From positions 128,001-192,000 of the forward strand of contig CAVUKA010000006.1 of the NCBI GenBank assembly GCA_963741945.1: a stretch of DNA of 64,000 bases, read 5' to 3'. Both the position numbers and the translations under genes were made by a program. Below are positions 23,926 through 34,001 of the stretch, piece by piece (position 1 is the first letter of the stretch; the number at the start of each line of letters is the position of its first letter). Source of the DNA: an uncultured Gemmatimonadales bacterium. Lineage in GTDB: Bacteria; Gemmatimonadota; Gemmatimonadetes; Longimicrobiales; RSA9. A model generated the notes under the pieces. It ran no database searches, was not told the DNA's origin, and worked only from the letters and a program-made list of their open reading frames with translations.

Positions 23926-26167
23926 GAACACTGCCGTTTACATCTGTCGCGGCTGCGACATTGGGAGTTCGCTCGATCTCTCCGCCCTGTCGGAGCTGGC
24001 CACCGGCGAACTGGGCCTCAAGCGTTGCCAGGAGCACGCGTGCCTGTGCGGCGACGAGGGTCGCGAGCTGATCAGCCAGGACATCCGGGACGAGGGCGTG
24101 AACACCATCGTGGTGGCCGCGTGCTCCCCGCGCGTCATGGCGGACGCGTTCACCTTCGACGGCGTCTTTACCGAGCGCGTGAACCTGCGCGAGCACGTGG
24201 TCTGGAGCCACGCGCCGAACGACGAGGACACGCAGATGCTCGCGCAGGACTACCTGCGCATGGGCGCGGCCCGGGCGCAGAAAGCGCAGCTGCCGGAGCC
24301 ATTCGAAGCGGAGATCGACAAGACGCTGCTGGTGGTGGGTGGCGGCGTAGCCGGCATGGGCGCGGCGCTGGATGCCGCGAACGCCGGCTACTCCGTGGTG
24401 CTGGTGGAAAAGGAGAAGGAGCTGGGTGGCTGGATGGGCCGCTTCGCCCGCCACATCCCGCATGCGCCGCCATACCGGGAGCCCACGGCCTCGAGCATCG
24501 TGGACCAGGTGGCACGGGTCCATGGCCACGAGCGGATCACGGTCCACACGGGCGCCACGATCGGCAAGATCACCGGTCAGCCCGGCCAGTTCGACGTCGC
24601 GCTGAACGCCAACGGCTCCAGCACGGAGCTGCGGGTGGGCGCCATCGTCCAGGCCACCGGCTGGCAGCCGTACGACGCCTCACGGCTCGGCCACCTCGGC
24701 TACGGCAAGTCGCCGGACGTGATCACGAACGTCGAGATGGAGGAGATGATCGCGGCGGGCGCGGTCAGGCGGCCGAGCGACGGCCAGCCACCGGCCCGGA
24801 TCGCGTTCATCCAGTGCGCGGGATCGCGGGACAAGGAGCACCTGCCGTACTGCTCCGCGGTGTGCTGCCGCGCCAGCATCAAGCACGCGCTGGTGGCCCG
24901 GGAGCTGAACCCGGACGCGCAGGTCTTCGTCCTCTACAAGGACATCCGGGCGCCCGGACAGTACGAGGAGCTGTACCGCCGGGCCCAGGAAGACGCGGGC
25001 ATCTTCTTCACGAAGGTGGATGTCACGGGCGTGGAGACGGGCTCCGGCTCGCTCGTGGTGAAGGGCGAGCACTCGCTGCTCGGGGACGCGGTCGACGTGG
25101 AGGCCGACCTGGTCGTGCTCGCCACGGGCATGGTCCCCCGCTCCGCCGACGGCGAGCTGCTGCGGCGCTACACGGACGCGAAGGCGGTGGTCGCGAAGGA
25201 CGAGGCCGGCGCCCAGCTCGAGACGGCGAAGACCACCGTCGGTGAGCTGGAGCACCTGGAAGGCACCTCGATCCTGAACCTGGGCTACCGGCAGGGGCCG
25301 GACCTCCCGGTCCTGCGCCACGATTTCCCGGACTCGCACTTCATCTGCTTCCCGTACGAGACCCGGCGGACGGGCATCTACACGGCGGGGGCCGTGCGCG
25401 CGCCGCAGGACGCACTGATGGCCGCCGGTGATGGTTCGGGCGCGGCGCTGAAGGCGATCCAGACCATGGAGCTCGCCACGCGGGGCGAAGCCGTGCACCC
25501 GCGCTGGGGCGACATGTCCTACCCGGACTTCGCGCTCCAGCGCTGCACGCAGTGCAAGCGCTGCACGGAGGAGTGCCCCTTCGGCACGCTGAACGAGGAT
25601 GTGAAGGGGACGCCGCAGCCGAATCTGACGCGCTGCCGCCGCTGCGGGATCTGCATGGGCGCCTGCCCCGAGCGGATCATTTCCTTCAAGGACTACTCGG
25701 TGGACATCATCTCCTCGATGATCAAGGCGGTGGACATCCCCGACGAGTTCGAGGAGAAGCCGCGCCTGCTCGGGCTGATCTGCGAGAACGATGCCTACCC
25801 GGCGCTGGACACCGCGGGGCTGAACCGGATGCAGCACTCGGCGAATATCCGCTTCATCCCGGTCCGGTGCCTCGGCAGCGTGAACGTGGTGTGGGTGGCC
25901 GACGCACTGGCCCGCGGCTTCGATGGTGTGCTCATGGTGGGGTGCCGCTCCGGCGAGGACTACCAGTGCCACTACATCCGCGGCAGTGAGCTGATGGAGA
26001 CCCGCAGCAAGAACGTGCGGGAGAAGCTCCAGCAGCTGGCGCTCGAGGAAGAGCGGGTCCGCCTCGAGCAGCTTCCGATCGACCAGTTCGCGCGACTCCC
26101 GCAGATCATCAACGAGTTCGCCGAGCAGATCGATGCCATCGGGTTGAACCCCTTCAAGGGAATGTGA
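23918..26167 (+). CDS. qmoB: QmoB (HdrA-like + ferredoxin + MvhD domain)
   Basis: VYICRGC, NLREHVVW, DSHFICFPYETRRTGIY, CTQCKRCTEECP, CENDAYPALD, PVRCLGSVN, YQCH; GTG 23918 with GGAGG. Confidence 0.96.
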   Translation: MDKNTAVYICRGCDIGSSLDLSALSELATGELGLKRCQEHACLCGDEGRELISQDIRDEGVNTIVVAACSPRVMADAFTFDGVFTERVNLREHVVWSHAPNDEDTQMLAQDYLRMGAARAQKAQLPEPFEAEIDKTLLVVGGGVAGMGAALDAANAGYSVVLVEKEKELGGWMGRFARHIPHAPPYREPTASSIVDQVARVHGHERITVHTGATIGKITGQPGQFDVALNANGSSTELRVGAIVQATGWQPYDASRLGHLGYGKSPDVITNVEMEEMIAAGAVRRPSDGQPPARIAFIQCAGSRDKEHLPYCSAVCCRASIKHALVARELNPDAQVFVLYKDIRAPGQYEELYRRAQEDAGIFFTKVDVTGVETGSGSLVVKGEHSLLGDAVDVEADLVVLATGMVPRSADGELLRRYTDAKAVVAKDEAGAQLETAKTTVGELEHLEGTSILNLGYRQGPDLPVLRHDFPDSHFICFPYETRRTGIYTAGAVRAPQDALMAAGDGSGAALKAIQTMELATRGEAVHPRWGDMSYPDFALQRCTQCKRCTEECPFGTLNEDVKGTPQPNLTRCRRCGICMGACPERIISFKDYSVDIISSMIKAVDIPDEFEEKPRLLGLICENDAYPALDTAGLNRMQHSANIRFIPVRCLGSVNVVWVADALARGFDGVLMVGCRSGEDYQCHYIRGSELMETRSKNVREKLQQLALEEERVRLEQLPIDQFARLPQIINEFAEQIDAIGLNPFKGM

Positions 26168-26175
26168 GGCGAGCC

Positions 26176-27393
26176 ATGTCCCAGGCCGTACTCCTCCAGC
26201 CGGATCGCGCGTTCATCGACGCCGTCATGGCGTCAGGCGGCGGGGACCTGAAGAAATGCTTTCAGTGTGCCACGTGCTCGGCCGTCTGCGCCCTCTCCAT
26301 GGACGGGGATCCGTTCCCTCGCAAGGAGATGCACTGGGCCCAGTGGGGGCTGAAGGACCGCCTCATGGCCGACCCGGACATCTGGCTCTGCCACCAGTGC
26401 AACGATTGCTCCCGCCGCTGCCCGCGCGGCGCCCGTCCGGGCGATGTGCTGGCCGCGGTGCGGCAGCAGGCCGTGCAGAACTACGCGTTCCCACGTTTCA
26501 TGGGGCGATGGGTGAATCGCATGCCCACGCTGCCCCTCATGCTCTTTATCCCGGCCGTGCTCCTCGCCCTGGCGCTTCTGGTACGCGACCCCCTCGCCCA
26601 GGCGTTCAGGGTCGGGGAGCCGGACGGGTTCTATGCTGAATTCTTCCCGCACTGGCTCCTCATCGGCTTCTTCTCCTTCTTCGTGGGCCTCGCCCTCGTG
26701 GGGGCAGTGGTCGGAGCCACACGGTTCTGGCGCGCCATGAAGGCGGCCGACGCCAGAGCCGGGATCACCCGGACCGGTGCGAGCGTGCCCGCCAGCATCG
26801 GCATCACCCTGTCTTCCATCTTCCGCCACGACCGCTTCGGTGAGTGCGAGACACAGCGGTCGCGGCGCGCGACGCACCTGATGGCGTTCTACGGCTTCCT
26901 GGCTCTGTTCATCACCACGGTATACGCGGTGATCGACCTCTACGTCCTTCCCACTCTGGGGATGGAGTCGGGATACCCGTTCGGTCTCACCCACCCGATG
27001 AAGTTCCTGGCCAACGCAGGCGCGATCCTGCTGACGGTGGGCGCGGGGAAGGCGATATGGGACCGTGTGAGGGCGGAGGAGGGAGTCGAGCAGAGCACAT
27101 CGTTCGACTGGATCTTCGCCTGGCTGCTGCTGACCATCGGCATTTCCGGACTGCTGACGGAGGCACTCCGGTTCGTGGTCCAGCCGGGCGCGGGCGCGGA
27201 GCTCGTGGCCACGGCGTACTCGCTGTACTTCGTGCACCTCATGCTGGTGTTCGCGCTCCTGGTTTACCTCCCGTACTCGAAGTTCGCCCACGTGCTCTAC
27301 CGCACCGTGGCGCTCGTGTACGCGGAGCATACGGGTCGTACACGGGGGACGCGCCGCGTGGCGGCGCCGGCCCCTGCGGTCATTGGTGCATAG
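26176..27393 (+). CDS. qmoC: QmoC (HdrC-like Fe-S domain + heme b membrane domain)
   Basis: CFQCATCSAVC, FPRKEMHWAQWG, WLCHQCNDCSRRCPRGARPG, YLPYSKFAH. Confidence 0.96.
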   Translation: MSQAVLLQPDRAFIDAVMASGGGDLKKCFQCATCSAVCALSMDGDPFPRKEMHWAQWGLKDRLMADPDIWLCHQCNDCSRRCPRGARPGDVLAAVRQQAVQNYAFPRFMGRWVNRMPTLPLMLFIPAVLLALALLVRDPLAQAFRVGEPDGFYAEFFPHWLLIGFFSFFVGLALVGAVVGATRFWRAMKAADARAGITRTGASVPASIGITLSSIFRHDRFGECETQRSRRATHLMAFYGFLALFITTVYAVIDLYVLPTLGMESGYPFGLTHPMKFLANAGAILLTVGAGKAIWDRVRAEEGVEQSTSFDWIFAWLLLTIGISGLLTEALRFVVQPGAGAELVATAYSLYFVHLMLVFALLVYLPYSKFAHVLYRTVALVYAEHTGRTRGTRRVAAPAPAVIGA

Positions 27394-27438
27394 CCCCACG
27401 GGGCATGCGGGGACTCCTAACGCGATGAGGGAACGGAC

Positions 27439-28665
27439 ATGAGCCAGCTCGTGAATCCGCATGGCAAGGAAAAGAAGCTGAAGCCCCTCCTGCTGGAGGG
27501 CGCGGAGCTGACGGACGCGCAGAAGAAGGTCCCGACGCTGAAGAAGATCCCCATCACGTCGAGGGAGGCGGGTGATGCCATCATGCTGGGCATCGGCGGC
27601 TTCACTCCCCTGGACGGGTTCATGGGGAAGGACGACTGGAAGGGCGTCGTCACGCAGATGCAGATGACGGACGGCACGTTCTGGCCGATCCCCATCACAC
27701 TGTCGGCTTCGAAGGCGGACGCGGACACCATCAAGGAGGGCGACGAGGTCGTCCTGCTGGACGTGGAGACGGGGACGGACCTGGCGATCCTGAAGGTCAA
27801 CGAGAAGTACACGATCGACAAGGCGTTGGAGTGCCAGGAAGTCTTCAAGACGACCGACCCGGAGCACCCCGGCGTGGCGCAGGTGATGGCGCAGAAGGAA
27901 GTGAACCTGGGCGGCACGCTGCAGGTGCTGAGCGAGAGCTACTTCCCCGTCGAGTTCGGCGACGTCTACATGCGGCCGGCGGAGTCCCGCAAGCTGTTCG
28001 AGGAGCGCGGGTGGCGGACGGTGGCCGCGCTGCAGCTGCGCAACCCGATGCACCGCTCCCACGAGTACCTGGCGAAGATCGCCCTCGAAGTTCTCGATGG
28101 GCTCTTCATCCACCAGCTCGTGGGCAAGCTCAAGCCCGGTGACATCCCGGCCGACGTGCGCGTGAAGTGCATCGACACGCTGGTGGAGCACTACTTCGTC
28201 AAGAACTCGGTCATCCAGGGCGGCTATCCGCTGGACATGCGCTACGCCGGTCCGCGCGAAGCGCTGCTCCACGCCCTCTTCCGCCAGAACTACGGCTGCA
28301 GCCACCTCATCGTCGGGCGCGACCACGCCGGCGTGGGCGACTACTACGGGCCGTTCGACGCGCAGGAGATCTTCAACGAGATCCCCGAGGGCGCGCTGGA
28401 GACGCAGCCGTTGAAGATCGACTGGACCTTCTACTGCCACAAGTGCCGCGGCATGGCTTCCATGAAGACCTGCCCGCACGGCAAGGAAGACCGGCTGCTG
28501 TTGAGCGGAACCGTTCTGCGCAAGACGCTGTCCGAGGGCGGCGATCCGCCAGCGGACTTCAGCCGTCCCGAGGTGCTGGCCATCCTGAAGGAGTACTACG
28601 CCAACCTCGAGGACAAGGTGGAAGTGAAGCTGCACGGCGCCGCTACGGGCGCGGCGGCGAAGTAG
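27439..28665 (+). CDS. sat: Sulfate adenylyltransferase
   Basis: [50 protein letters not shown]. Confidence 0.97.
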   Translation: MSQLVNPHGKEKKLKPLLLEGAELTDAQKKVPTLKKIPITSREAGDAIMLGIGGFTPLDGFMGKDDWKGVVTQMQMTDGTFWPIPITLSASKADADTIKEGDEVVLLDVETGTDLAILKVNEKYTIDKALECQEVFKTTDPEHPGVAQVMAQKEVNLGGTLQVLSESYFPVEFGDVYMRPAESRKLFEERGWRTVAALQLRNPMHRSHEYLAKIALEVLDGLFIHQLVGKLKPGDIPADVRVKCIDTLVEHYFVKNSVIQGGYPLDMRYAGPREALLHALFRQNYGCSHLIVGRDHAGVGDYYGPFDAQEIFNEIPEGALETQPLKIDWTFYCHKCRGMASMKTCPHGKEDRLLLSGTVLRKTLSEGGDPPADFSRPEVLAILKEYYANLEDKVEVKLHGAATGAAAK

Positions 28666-28693
28666 GGCATCGGCGACGGGTGAGGGTGAGGCA

Positions 28694-29080
28694 ATGGACC
28701 TGATCACGGTCTCCAGGCAGTCCGGACTGCAGTTCGACATCCGGGTGCGGAGCCATTCGGTGCGGAGCGACTTCTCGGTGGACGACGGCGGCGAGGATGC
28801 CGGCCCGTCGCCGTCGGAGCTCTTCGCCGGCTCGCTGGGGGCGTGCATCGCCATGATGGTCCAGGGCTACTGTGACCGCCACGGCCACGGCGACGTGGAA
28901 GTGGCGATGACGGTGGAACTGGGCACGGATCCGAAACGGATCGCGGCCATCGCGGTGGACGTGGAGCTTTCCCGGGAAGTCCCGGAAGCGGAGCTCCCGG
29001 TCCTGCGCCGGATCGCGGAAACCTGCGTGATCCATCACACCCTCGCCCGGCCGCCCCGGGTGGACATCGAGTTCGTGTAG
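28694..29080 (+). CDS. OsmC/YhfA-family protein
   Basis: GGEDAGPSPSELFAGSLGAC ... ETCVIHHTL. Confidence 0.82.
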   Translation: MDLITVSRQSGLQFDIRVRSHSVRSDFSVDDGGEDAGPSPSELFAGSLGACIAMMVQGYCDRHGHGDVEVAMTVELGTDPKRIAAIAVDVELSREVPEAELPVLRRIAETCVIHHTLARPPRVDIEFV

Positions 29081-29135
29081 CGCGCCTGCGGCCGAAGGGC
29101 GGCGGCAACGCGGCACGGGAACACAGGGAGGAATC

Positions 29136-29450
29136 ATGGAAACGCAGCTCGGCGGTAAGACGATGGAGATCGACGAGGACGGGTTCATCCAGGACCCGAC
29201 CGAGTGGGATGAGGCAGTGGCCGCGGACCTCGCGAAGACCGAGGGCGTGGACGAGCTGACGGAGCAGCACTGGAAGCTCGTGAACTATCTGCGGCAGTAC
29301 TACCTGGACTACAACATGGCTCCGATGATCCGGAAGCTGTGCAAGGAGACCGGGTTGAAGCTGAAGGACGTCTACGACCTGTTCCCGAGCGGCCCCGCGA
29401 AGGGGGCGTGCAAGGTGGCCGGGCTGCCGAAGCCCACGGGCTGCGTCTGA
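29136..29450 (+). CDS. dsrC: DsrC sulfur-carrier protein
   Basis: EIDEDGF..HWKLVNYLR..LFPSGPAKGACKVAGLPKPTGCV with both C-terminal Cys (C-X10-C). Confidence 0.97.
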   Translation: METQLGGKTMEIDEDGFIQDPTEWDEAVAADLAKTEGVDELTEQHWKLVNYLRQYYLDYNMAPMIRKLCKETGLKLKDVYDLFPSGPAKGACKVAGLPKPTGCV

Positions 29451-29458
29451 GGAATGGC

Positions 29459-29495
29459 TCCGGCGGCGTCGGGGGAATGCCCCGGCGTCGCCGGA
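29459..29495 (+). other. GC-rich stem-loop between dsrC and dsrT
   Basis: TCCGGCGGCGTCGGGG-GAATG-CCCCGGCGTCGCCGGA, 16-bp stem with two G-U pairs. Confidence 0.6.
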
Positions 29496-29509
29496 ACGGA
29501 GTCAATGGC

Positions 29510-30091
29510 ATGAGCACGATACGGCAGGTTCTGGAGACGAAGAAGGAGGCAGTCCTCGAGCGGTGGCTCGAAGACGTCGTCGCCGCGTATCCGGCGGAGG
29601 GCGGCGCCTTCTTCCGCGCCCGTCGCGACCCGTTCGCGAACCCGGTGGGCCACAGCATCCGTGAGGGCACGCGGGAAGTGCTGGACGGTGTGCTGGCGAG
29701 CGCGGAAATGTCGACGTTCCGTGAGCCGCTGGCACGCATGCTCAAGGTGAGGGCGGTGCAGGAGATGTCCGCGTCGCAGGCGGTGGGCTTCGTGCTGGGG
29801 CTGAAGCGGGCGATCCGGGCCGAGGCGGGGCAGCCGGAGAACTGCGCGCGGGCGGAGGAACTGGTGTCGCTGGAGGAGTCGGTGGACCGGGTGGCCCTGC
29901 TGGCTTTCGACCTGTTCACCGAGCTGCGGGAGGAGCTGGCCAGGGTGCGGATCCGGGAAGTGGAGCGCCACGTCTCCTGGATCACGAGCCGGCTGAACGG
30001 GCGCGACCTGCGGCGGCCGACGGCGGCGGCGGAGGGCGCGGGCGAGGATGCACCAGCAGACGCGAAAGTGAGGCGAGGGACTCTCCCATGA
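29510..30091 (+). CDS. dsrT: DsrT (RsbRD N-terminal-like domain)
   Basis: ERW..YP..DPFANPVG..KVRAVQE..SQAVGFV..LK..LLAFDLF; immediately upstream of dsrM. Confidence 0.88.
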   Translation: MSTIRQVLETKKEAVLERWLEDVVAAYPAEGGAFFRARRDPFANPVGHSIREGTREVLDGVLASAEMSTFREPLARMLKVRAVQEMSASQAVGFVLGLKRAIRAEAGQPENCARAEELVSLEESVDRVALLAFDLFTELREELARVRIREVERHVSWITSRLNGRDLRRPTAAAEGAGEDAPADAKVRRGTLP

Positions 30092-31077
30092 AGGTGATTC
30101 TTCCCCTGCTGCTCGTGGCGGCGCTGTTCGTGACGGGGATGCTCGGCGCCGGGCTGGCGTCCGGGTGGGTATTCGGCGTGGTGATCCCATACGTGGCAGT
30201 GACCATCCTGCTCACCGGGCTCGTGTATCGAGTGCTCACGTGGGCGAGCGCTCCGGTGCCGTTCCGGATCCCGACCACGAGCGGACAGCAGAAGTCGCTC
30301 CCCTGGATCCGGCACAGCCGCCTGGACAACCCGAGCGGAAAGCTGGGCGTCCTGGGCCGCATGGTGCTGGAGGTCTGCTGCTTCCGGTCGCTCATGAAGA
30401 ACACGCGCACGGAGATGGCAGCAGGGCGGCGGCTGGTGTACGCCACGTCGCTCACGCTCTGGGCGGCGGCGCTGGCCATGCACTGGTCGCTCCTGATCAT
30501 CGTGACGCGTCATCTGCGCCTGTTCATGGACCCGGTACCGGGCTTCGTACGGGCGATCCAGGCGCTGGACGGCTTCCTCGAGGTGGGGCTGCCGGTCTTC
30601 TACATCACCACGATCCTCTTCCTGCTGGGCGCGGGATACCTGCTGTACCGGCGCCTCGCGGACGCGCGCGTGCGCTACATCTCCCTGTTCGGCGACTACT
30701 TCCCCCTCTTCCTGCTCCTGGGGATCGGGTTGAGCGGGTTCTGGCTTCGCCACCTGGCCCGCACGGACGTGCGCGCCATCAAGGAGCTGGCGATGGGCCT
30801 GGTGAGCTTCGCGCCCGTCGTGCCGACCGGAATCGCGCCCCTGTTCTTCGGGCACCTGTTCCTGGTGTCCGTGCTGCTGGCCTACTTCCCGTTCAGCAAG
30901 CTGCTCCACGCCCCCGGCGTGTTCCTTAGCCCGACGCGCAATCTGGCGAACAGCAATCGCCGCGTCCGGCACGTGAACCCGTGGGATTATCCGGTCCCCG
31001 TGCACACCTACGAGGAGTACGAGGACGAGTTCAGGGAGAAGATGATCGCTGCCGGTATCCCGGTGGAGAAATCATAG
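30088..31077 (+). CDS. dsrM: DsrM cytochrome b subunit
   Basis: PVPFRIPTTSGQQKSLPW, FRSL, MHWSLLIIVTRHLR, HLFLV..YFPFSKLLHAPGVFLSPTRN. Confidence 0.96.
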   Translation: MKVILPLLLVAALFVTGMLGAGLASGWVFGVVIPYVAVTILLTGLVYRVLTWASAPVPFRIPTTSGQQKSLPWIRHSRLDNPSGKLGVLGRMVLEVCCFRSLMKNTRTEMAAGRRLVYATSLTLWAAALAMHWSLLIIVTRHLRLFMDPVPGFVRAIQALDGFLEVGLPVFYITTILFLLGAGYLLYRRLADARVRYISLFGDYFPLFLLLGIGLSGFWLRHLARTDVRAIKELAMGLVSFAPVVPTGIAPLFFGHLFLVSVLLAYFPFSKLLHAPGVFLSPTRNLANSNRRVRHVNPWDYPVPVHTYEEYEDEFREKMIAAGIPVEKS

Positions 31078-31079
31078 CC

Positions 31080-32765
31080 ATGTCGCGCTTCGACGAACCG
31101 GAACACTACGAGATGGACGAGCTCCTGAGGGTAGACTGGACCCCACCCTCCTCGCCCTGGATGGACACGCCCGTCCAGATCCAGCCGGGCCGCTTCATCT
31201 ATCCCGGCAAAGCCAAGAACCTGGAGGCGCTGGGCCTGCCCAACCCCCGGGAGTGGGCGGTCACGGACGTGGACTGGAAGCTGCCCCACGACTGGCAGCG
31301 GATCATCCTGGAAGGGATGGCCGAGCGCCTGAAGAAGTACCGCAGCTTCAAGCTCTACATGGACATCTGCGTCCGGTGCGGAGCGTGTGCGGACAAGTGC
31401 CACTTCTTCATCGGCGGCGGCGATCCGAAGAACATGCCGGTGCTCCGCGCCGAGCTGCTGCGCTCCATCTACCGCCACGACTTCACCGCCATGGGGAAGG
31501 TCTTCGGCAAGATGGCTGGCGCGCGGCCGCTCACGGAGGACGTGATCAAGGAGTGGTTCTACTACTTCTTCCAGTGCACGGAATGTCGGCGCTGCTCGGT
31601 GTTCTGCCCGTACGGGATCGACACGGCCGAGATCACGATGATGGGGCGCGAGCTGCTGGGGCTGCTCGGGCTGTACGTGAACTGGGTGATCGAGCCCGTG
31701 GCCAACTGCTCGCGGACCGGGAACCACCTCGGCATCCCGCCCCACGGGCTGGTGGACACCCTCGAGTTCATGCGCGACGACATCGAGGAGGCCACCGGCA
31801 TCCGCGTGGACCTGCCCATCAACAAGAAGGGCGCCGAGATCCTGTTCGTCACGCCGTCCGGTGACTACGTGGCGGCGCCGGGCATCTACACGTGCATGTC
31901 CTACATGCTCCTCTTCCACGAGCTGGGCATCGACTACACGTGGAGCACCTACGCGTCAGAGGGGGGCAACTTCGGCCTGTTCACCTCGCACGAGATGATC
32001 AAGCGCCTGAACGCCAAGATGTACCGGGAGGCGAAGCGGCTCGGGGTGAAGTGGATCCTGGGCGGGGAGTGCGGCCACATGTGGCGGGTCGTCAACCAGT
32101 ACATGGACACCGTGAATGGGCCCGCCGACTTCCTGGAAGTTCCGAAGTCGCCGGTGACGGGCACGGTGTTCGAGAACGCCCGCTCGACCAAGATGGTCCA
32201 CCTGATGGAGTTCCTGGCGGACGTGATCCGGCACGACAAGCTCGAGCTGGACCCGTCGAGGAACGATCACAACAGCGTCACGTTCCACGACTCCTGCAAC
32301 CCCGCGCGTGCCATGGGGATCTTCGAGGAGCCGCGCTACGTGATCCGGAACGTGTGCAACCACTTCCACGAGATGCCCGCCAATACGATCCGCGAACAGA
32401 CGTTCTGCTGCGGTGGCGGGGCCGGTCTCGGCACGGACGAGAACATGGAAATGCGGCTCCGGGGCGGCATGCCGCGCGGGCTGGCCGTGCGCCACGTGCA
32501 GGAGAAGCATGGCGTCAACCAGCTGGCGGCGATGTGCGCCATTGACCGCGCCACGCTGAGCACGGTGTGCGACTACTGGGCTCCCGGCGTCCAGGTGACG
32601 GGGATCAGTGAGCTGGTGGCCAACGCCACGGTGTTCAAGGGAGAGAAGCGCCGGACCGTGAATCTGCGTCTGGAGCCGATCCCGGGGATGGAAGAAGAGC
32701 CGGAAACAGACGAGCCGCTGACCGAGCCAATGCCGGTGGTGGCGGGAGGTGCCGTCCATGGGTGA
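31080..32765 (+). CDS. dsrK: DsrK CCG-domain Fe-S subunit
   Basis: MDICVRCGACADKCH, CTECRRCSVFCPYGIDT, ASEGGNFG, GGECGHMWR, FHDSCN, TFCCGGG, CAID. Confidence 0.97.
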   Translation: MSRFDEPEHYEMDELLRVDWTPPSSPWMDTPVQIQPGRFIYPGKAKNLEALGLPNPREWAVTDVDWKLPHDWQRIILEGMAERLKKYRSFKLYMDICVRCGACADKCHFFIGGGDPKNMPVLRAELLRSIYRHDFTAMGKVFGKMAGARPLTEDVIKEWFYYFFQCTECRRCSVFCPYGIDTAEITMMGRELLGLLGLYVNWVIEPVANCSRTGNHLGIPPHGLVDTLEFMRDDIEEATGIRVDLPINKKGAEILFVTPSGDYVAAPGIYTCMSYMLLFHELGIDYTWSTYASEGGNFGLFTSHEMIKRLNAKMYREAKRLGVKWILGGECGHMWRVVNQYMDTVNGPADFLEVPKSPVTGTVFENARSTKMVHLMEFLADVIRHDKLELDPSRNDHNSVTFHDSCNPARAMGIFEEPRYVIRNVCNHFHEMPANTIREQTFCCGGGAGLGTDENMEMRLRGGMPRGLAVRHVQEKHGVNQLAAMCAIDRATLSTVCDYWAPGVQVTGISELVANATVFKGEKRRTVNLRLEPIPGMEEEPETDEPLTEPMPVVAGGAVHG

Positions 32766-33126
32766 CCGCAAGTGGATCTACACGGGGCTGGGTCTTTTCC
32801 TGGCCATCGCGCTGCTCCCGGTCTGGCTCGGGATGACGTCCGGCACCGAGCGGACGCCGCCGGTCCTCGTACTCCCCGACAGCGGGAGCTGCATCGAAGA
32901 CACGACGTTCATGATCCCGAACCACCCCGCCCTCCTGAGCGACTGGCGGACGCGCGTGGTGCGCGACGGGGAACGGGATTTCACCGCCTCGGACGGCCAT
33001 GTCTACACCATGAGCCTGACCGGTACGTGCATGAACTGCCACGACAGCCGCGCGACGTTCTGCCAGCGCTGTCACGACTACGCGAACGTTCAGCCCACCT
33101 GCTGGAACTGCCATGTCGAACCGTGA
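32758..33126 (+). CDS. dsrJ: DsrJ triheme cytochrome c
   Basis: N-terminal TM; CIED..H..L..WR..VVRDG; CMNCH, CQRCH, CWNCH. Confidence 0.93.
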   Translation: MGDRKWIYTGLGLFLAIALLPVWLGMTSGTERTPPVLVLPDSGSCIEDTTFMIPNHPALLSDWRTRVVRDGERDFTASDGHVYTMSLTGTCMNCHDSRATFCQRCHDYANVQPTCWNCHVEP

Positions 33127-33961
33127 TCGCGAGGAAGGGCCCCGGCAGGGGACCGATCGGCGCACGTTCCTGAAGGAAGCGGGATCAGCCGCGCTCGGAC
33201 TGGGCTGGGGACTGCCGATTCTGAGCGCAGCCTGTCGCCCGGCCACGGCCGCAACGGCGATGCAGGCCGGGGCCGGCGAAGCCGCCGGGCGTCAGCTGGG
33301 GCTGGTGGTGGACGTGGAGAAGTGCCGGTCCGCCGCCGTGCAGCAGGCGGCTACGGAAGCGTGCCGCCGGGCGCACAACATCCCGCGCATCCCGGATCCC
33401 GAGGACGAGGTGAAGTGGATCTGGAGCGAAAAGTACGAGCACGTGTTCGAGGACCGTGTGCACGACCGCATGCCGGAACGGCTTCTCGAGACGCCGGTGC
33501 TCGTGCTCTGCAACCACTGCACGAACCCGCCGTGTGTGCGCGTGTGCCCCACACAGGCCACGTGGAAGCGGGAGTCCGACGGCATCGTGATGATGGACAT
33601 GCACCGCTGCATTGGCTGCCGGTACTGCATGGCCGCGTGTCCGTTCGGTGCCCGCAGCTTCAACTGGCGCGACCCCAGGCCCTACGTGGAGACCGACGGG
33701 GATGGGAAGTACGCCTCCGACTACCCGACGCGGACGCGTGGGGTGGTGGAGAAGTGCGACCTGTGCGCCGAGCGTCTGCGCGACGGCAAGCTGCCGGCGT
33801 GCGTGGAAGCGGTGACGTCCCTGCCGGAAGGGGAAGGGGCGCTGCTATTCGGGGAAGTGACGGATCCGTCGTCCGAAGTGAGTCGCGTACTGAGCGAGAG
33901 GGACAGTGCGGTCCGGCGAGCCGAGCTCGGCACCGGTCCGAACGTCTATTACCTGATCTGA
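33113..33961 (+). CDS. dsrO: DsrO periplasmic Fe-S protein
   Basis: Tat motif DRRTFLK; CNHCTNPPCVRVCP, MDMHRCIGCRYCMAACP, RSFNW, GVVEKC. Confidence 0.93.
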   Translation: MSNRDREEGPRQGTDRRTFLKEAGSAALGLGWGLPILSAACRPATAATAMQAGAGEAAGRQLGLVVDVEKCRSAAVQQAATEACRRAHNIPRIPDPEDEVKWIWSEKYEHVFEDRVHDRMPERLLETPVLVLCNHCTNPPCVRVCPTQATWKRESDGIVMMDMHRCIGCRYCMAACPFGARSFNWRDPRPYVETDGDGKYASDYPTRTRGVVEKCDLCAERLRDGKLPACVEAVTSLPEGEGALLFGEVTDPSSEVSRVLSERDSAVRRAELGTGPNVYYLI

Positions 33962-34001
33962 GGCGCGTCCCGGCCTGATCCGGGACAACCGTGAGGTGGA
34001 C

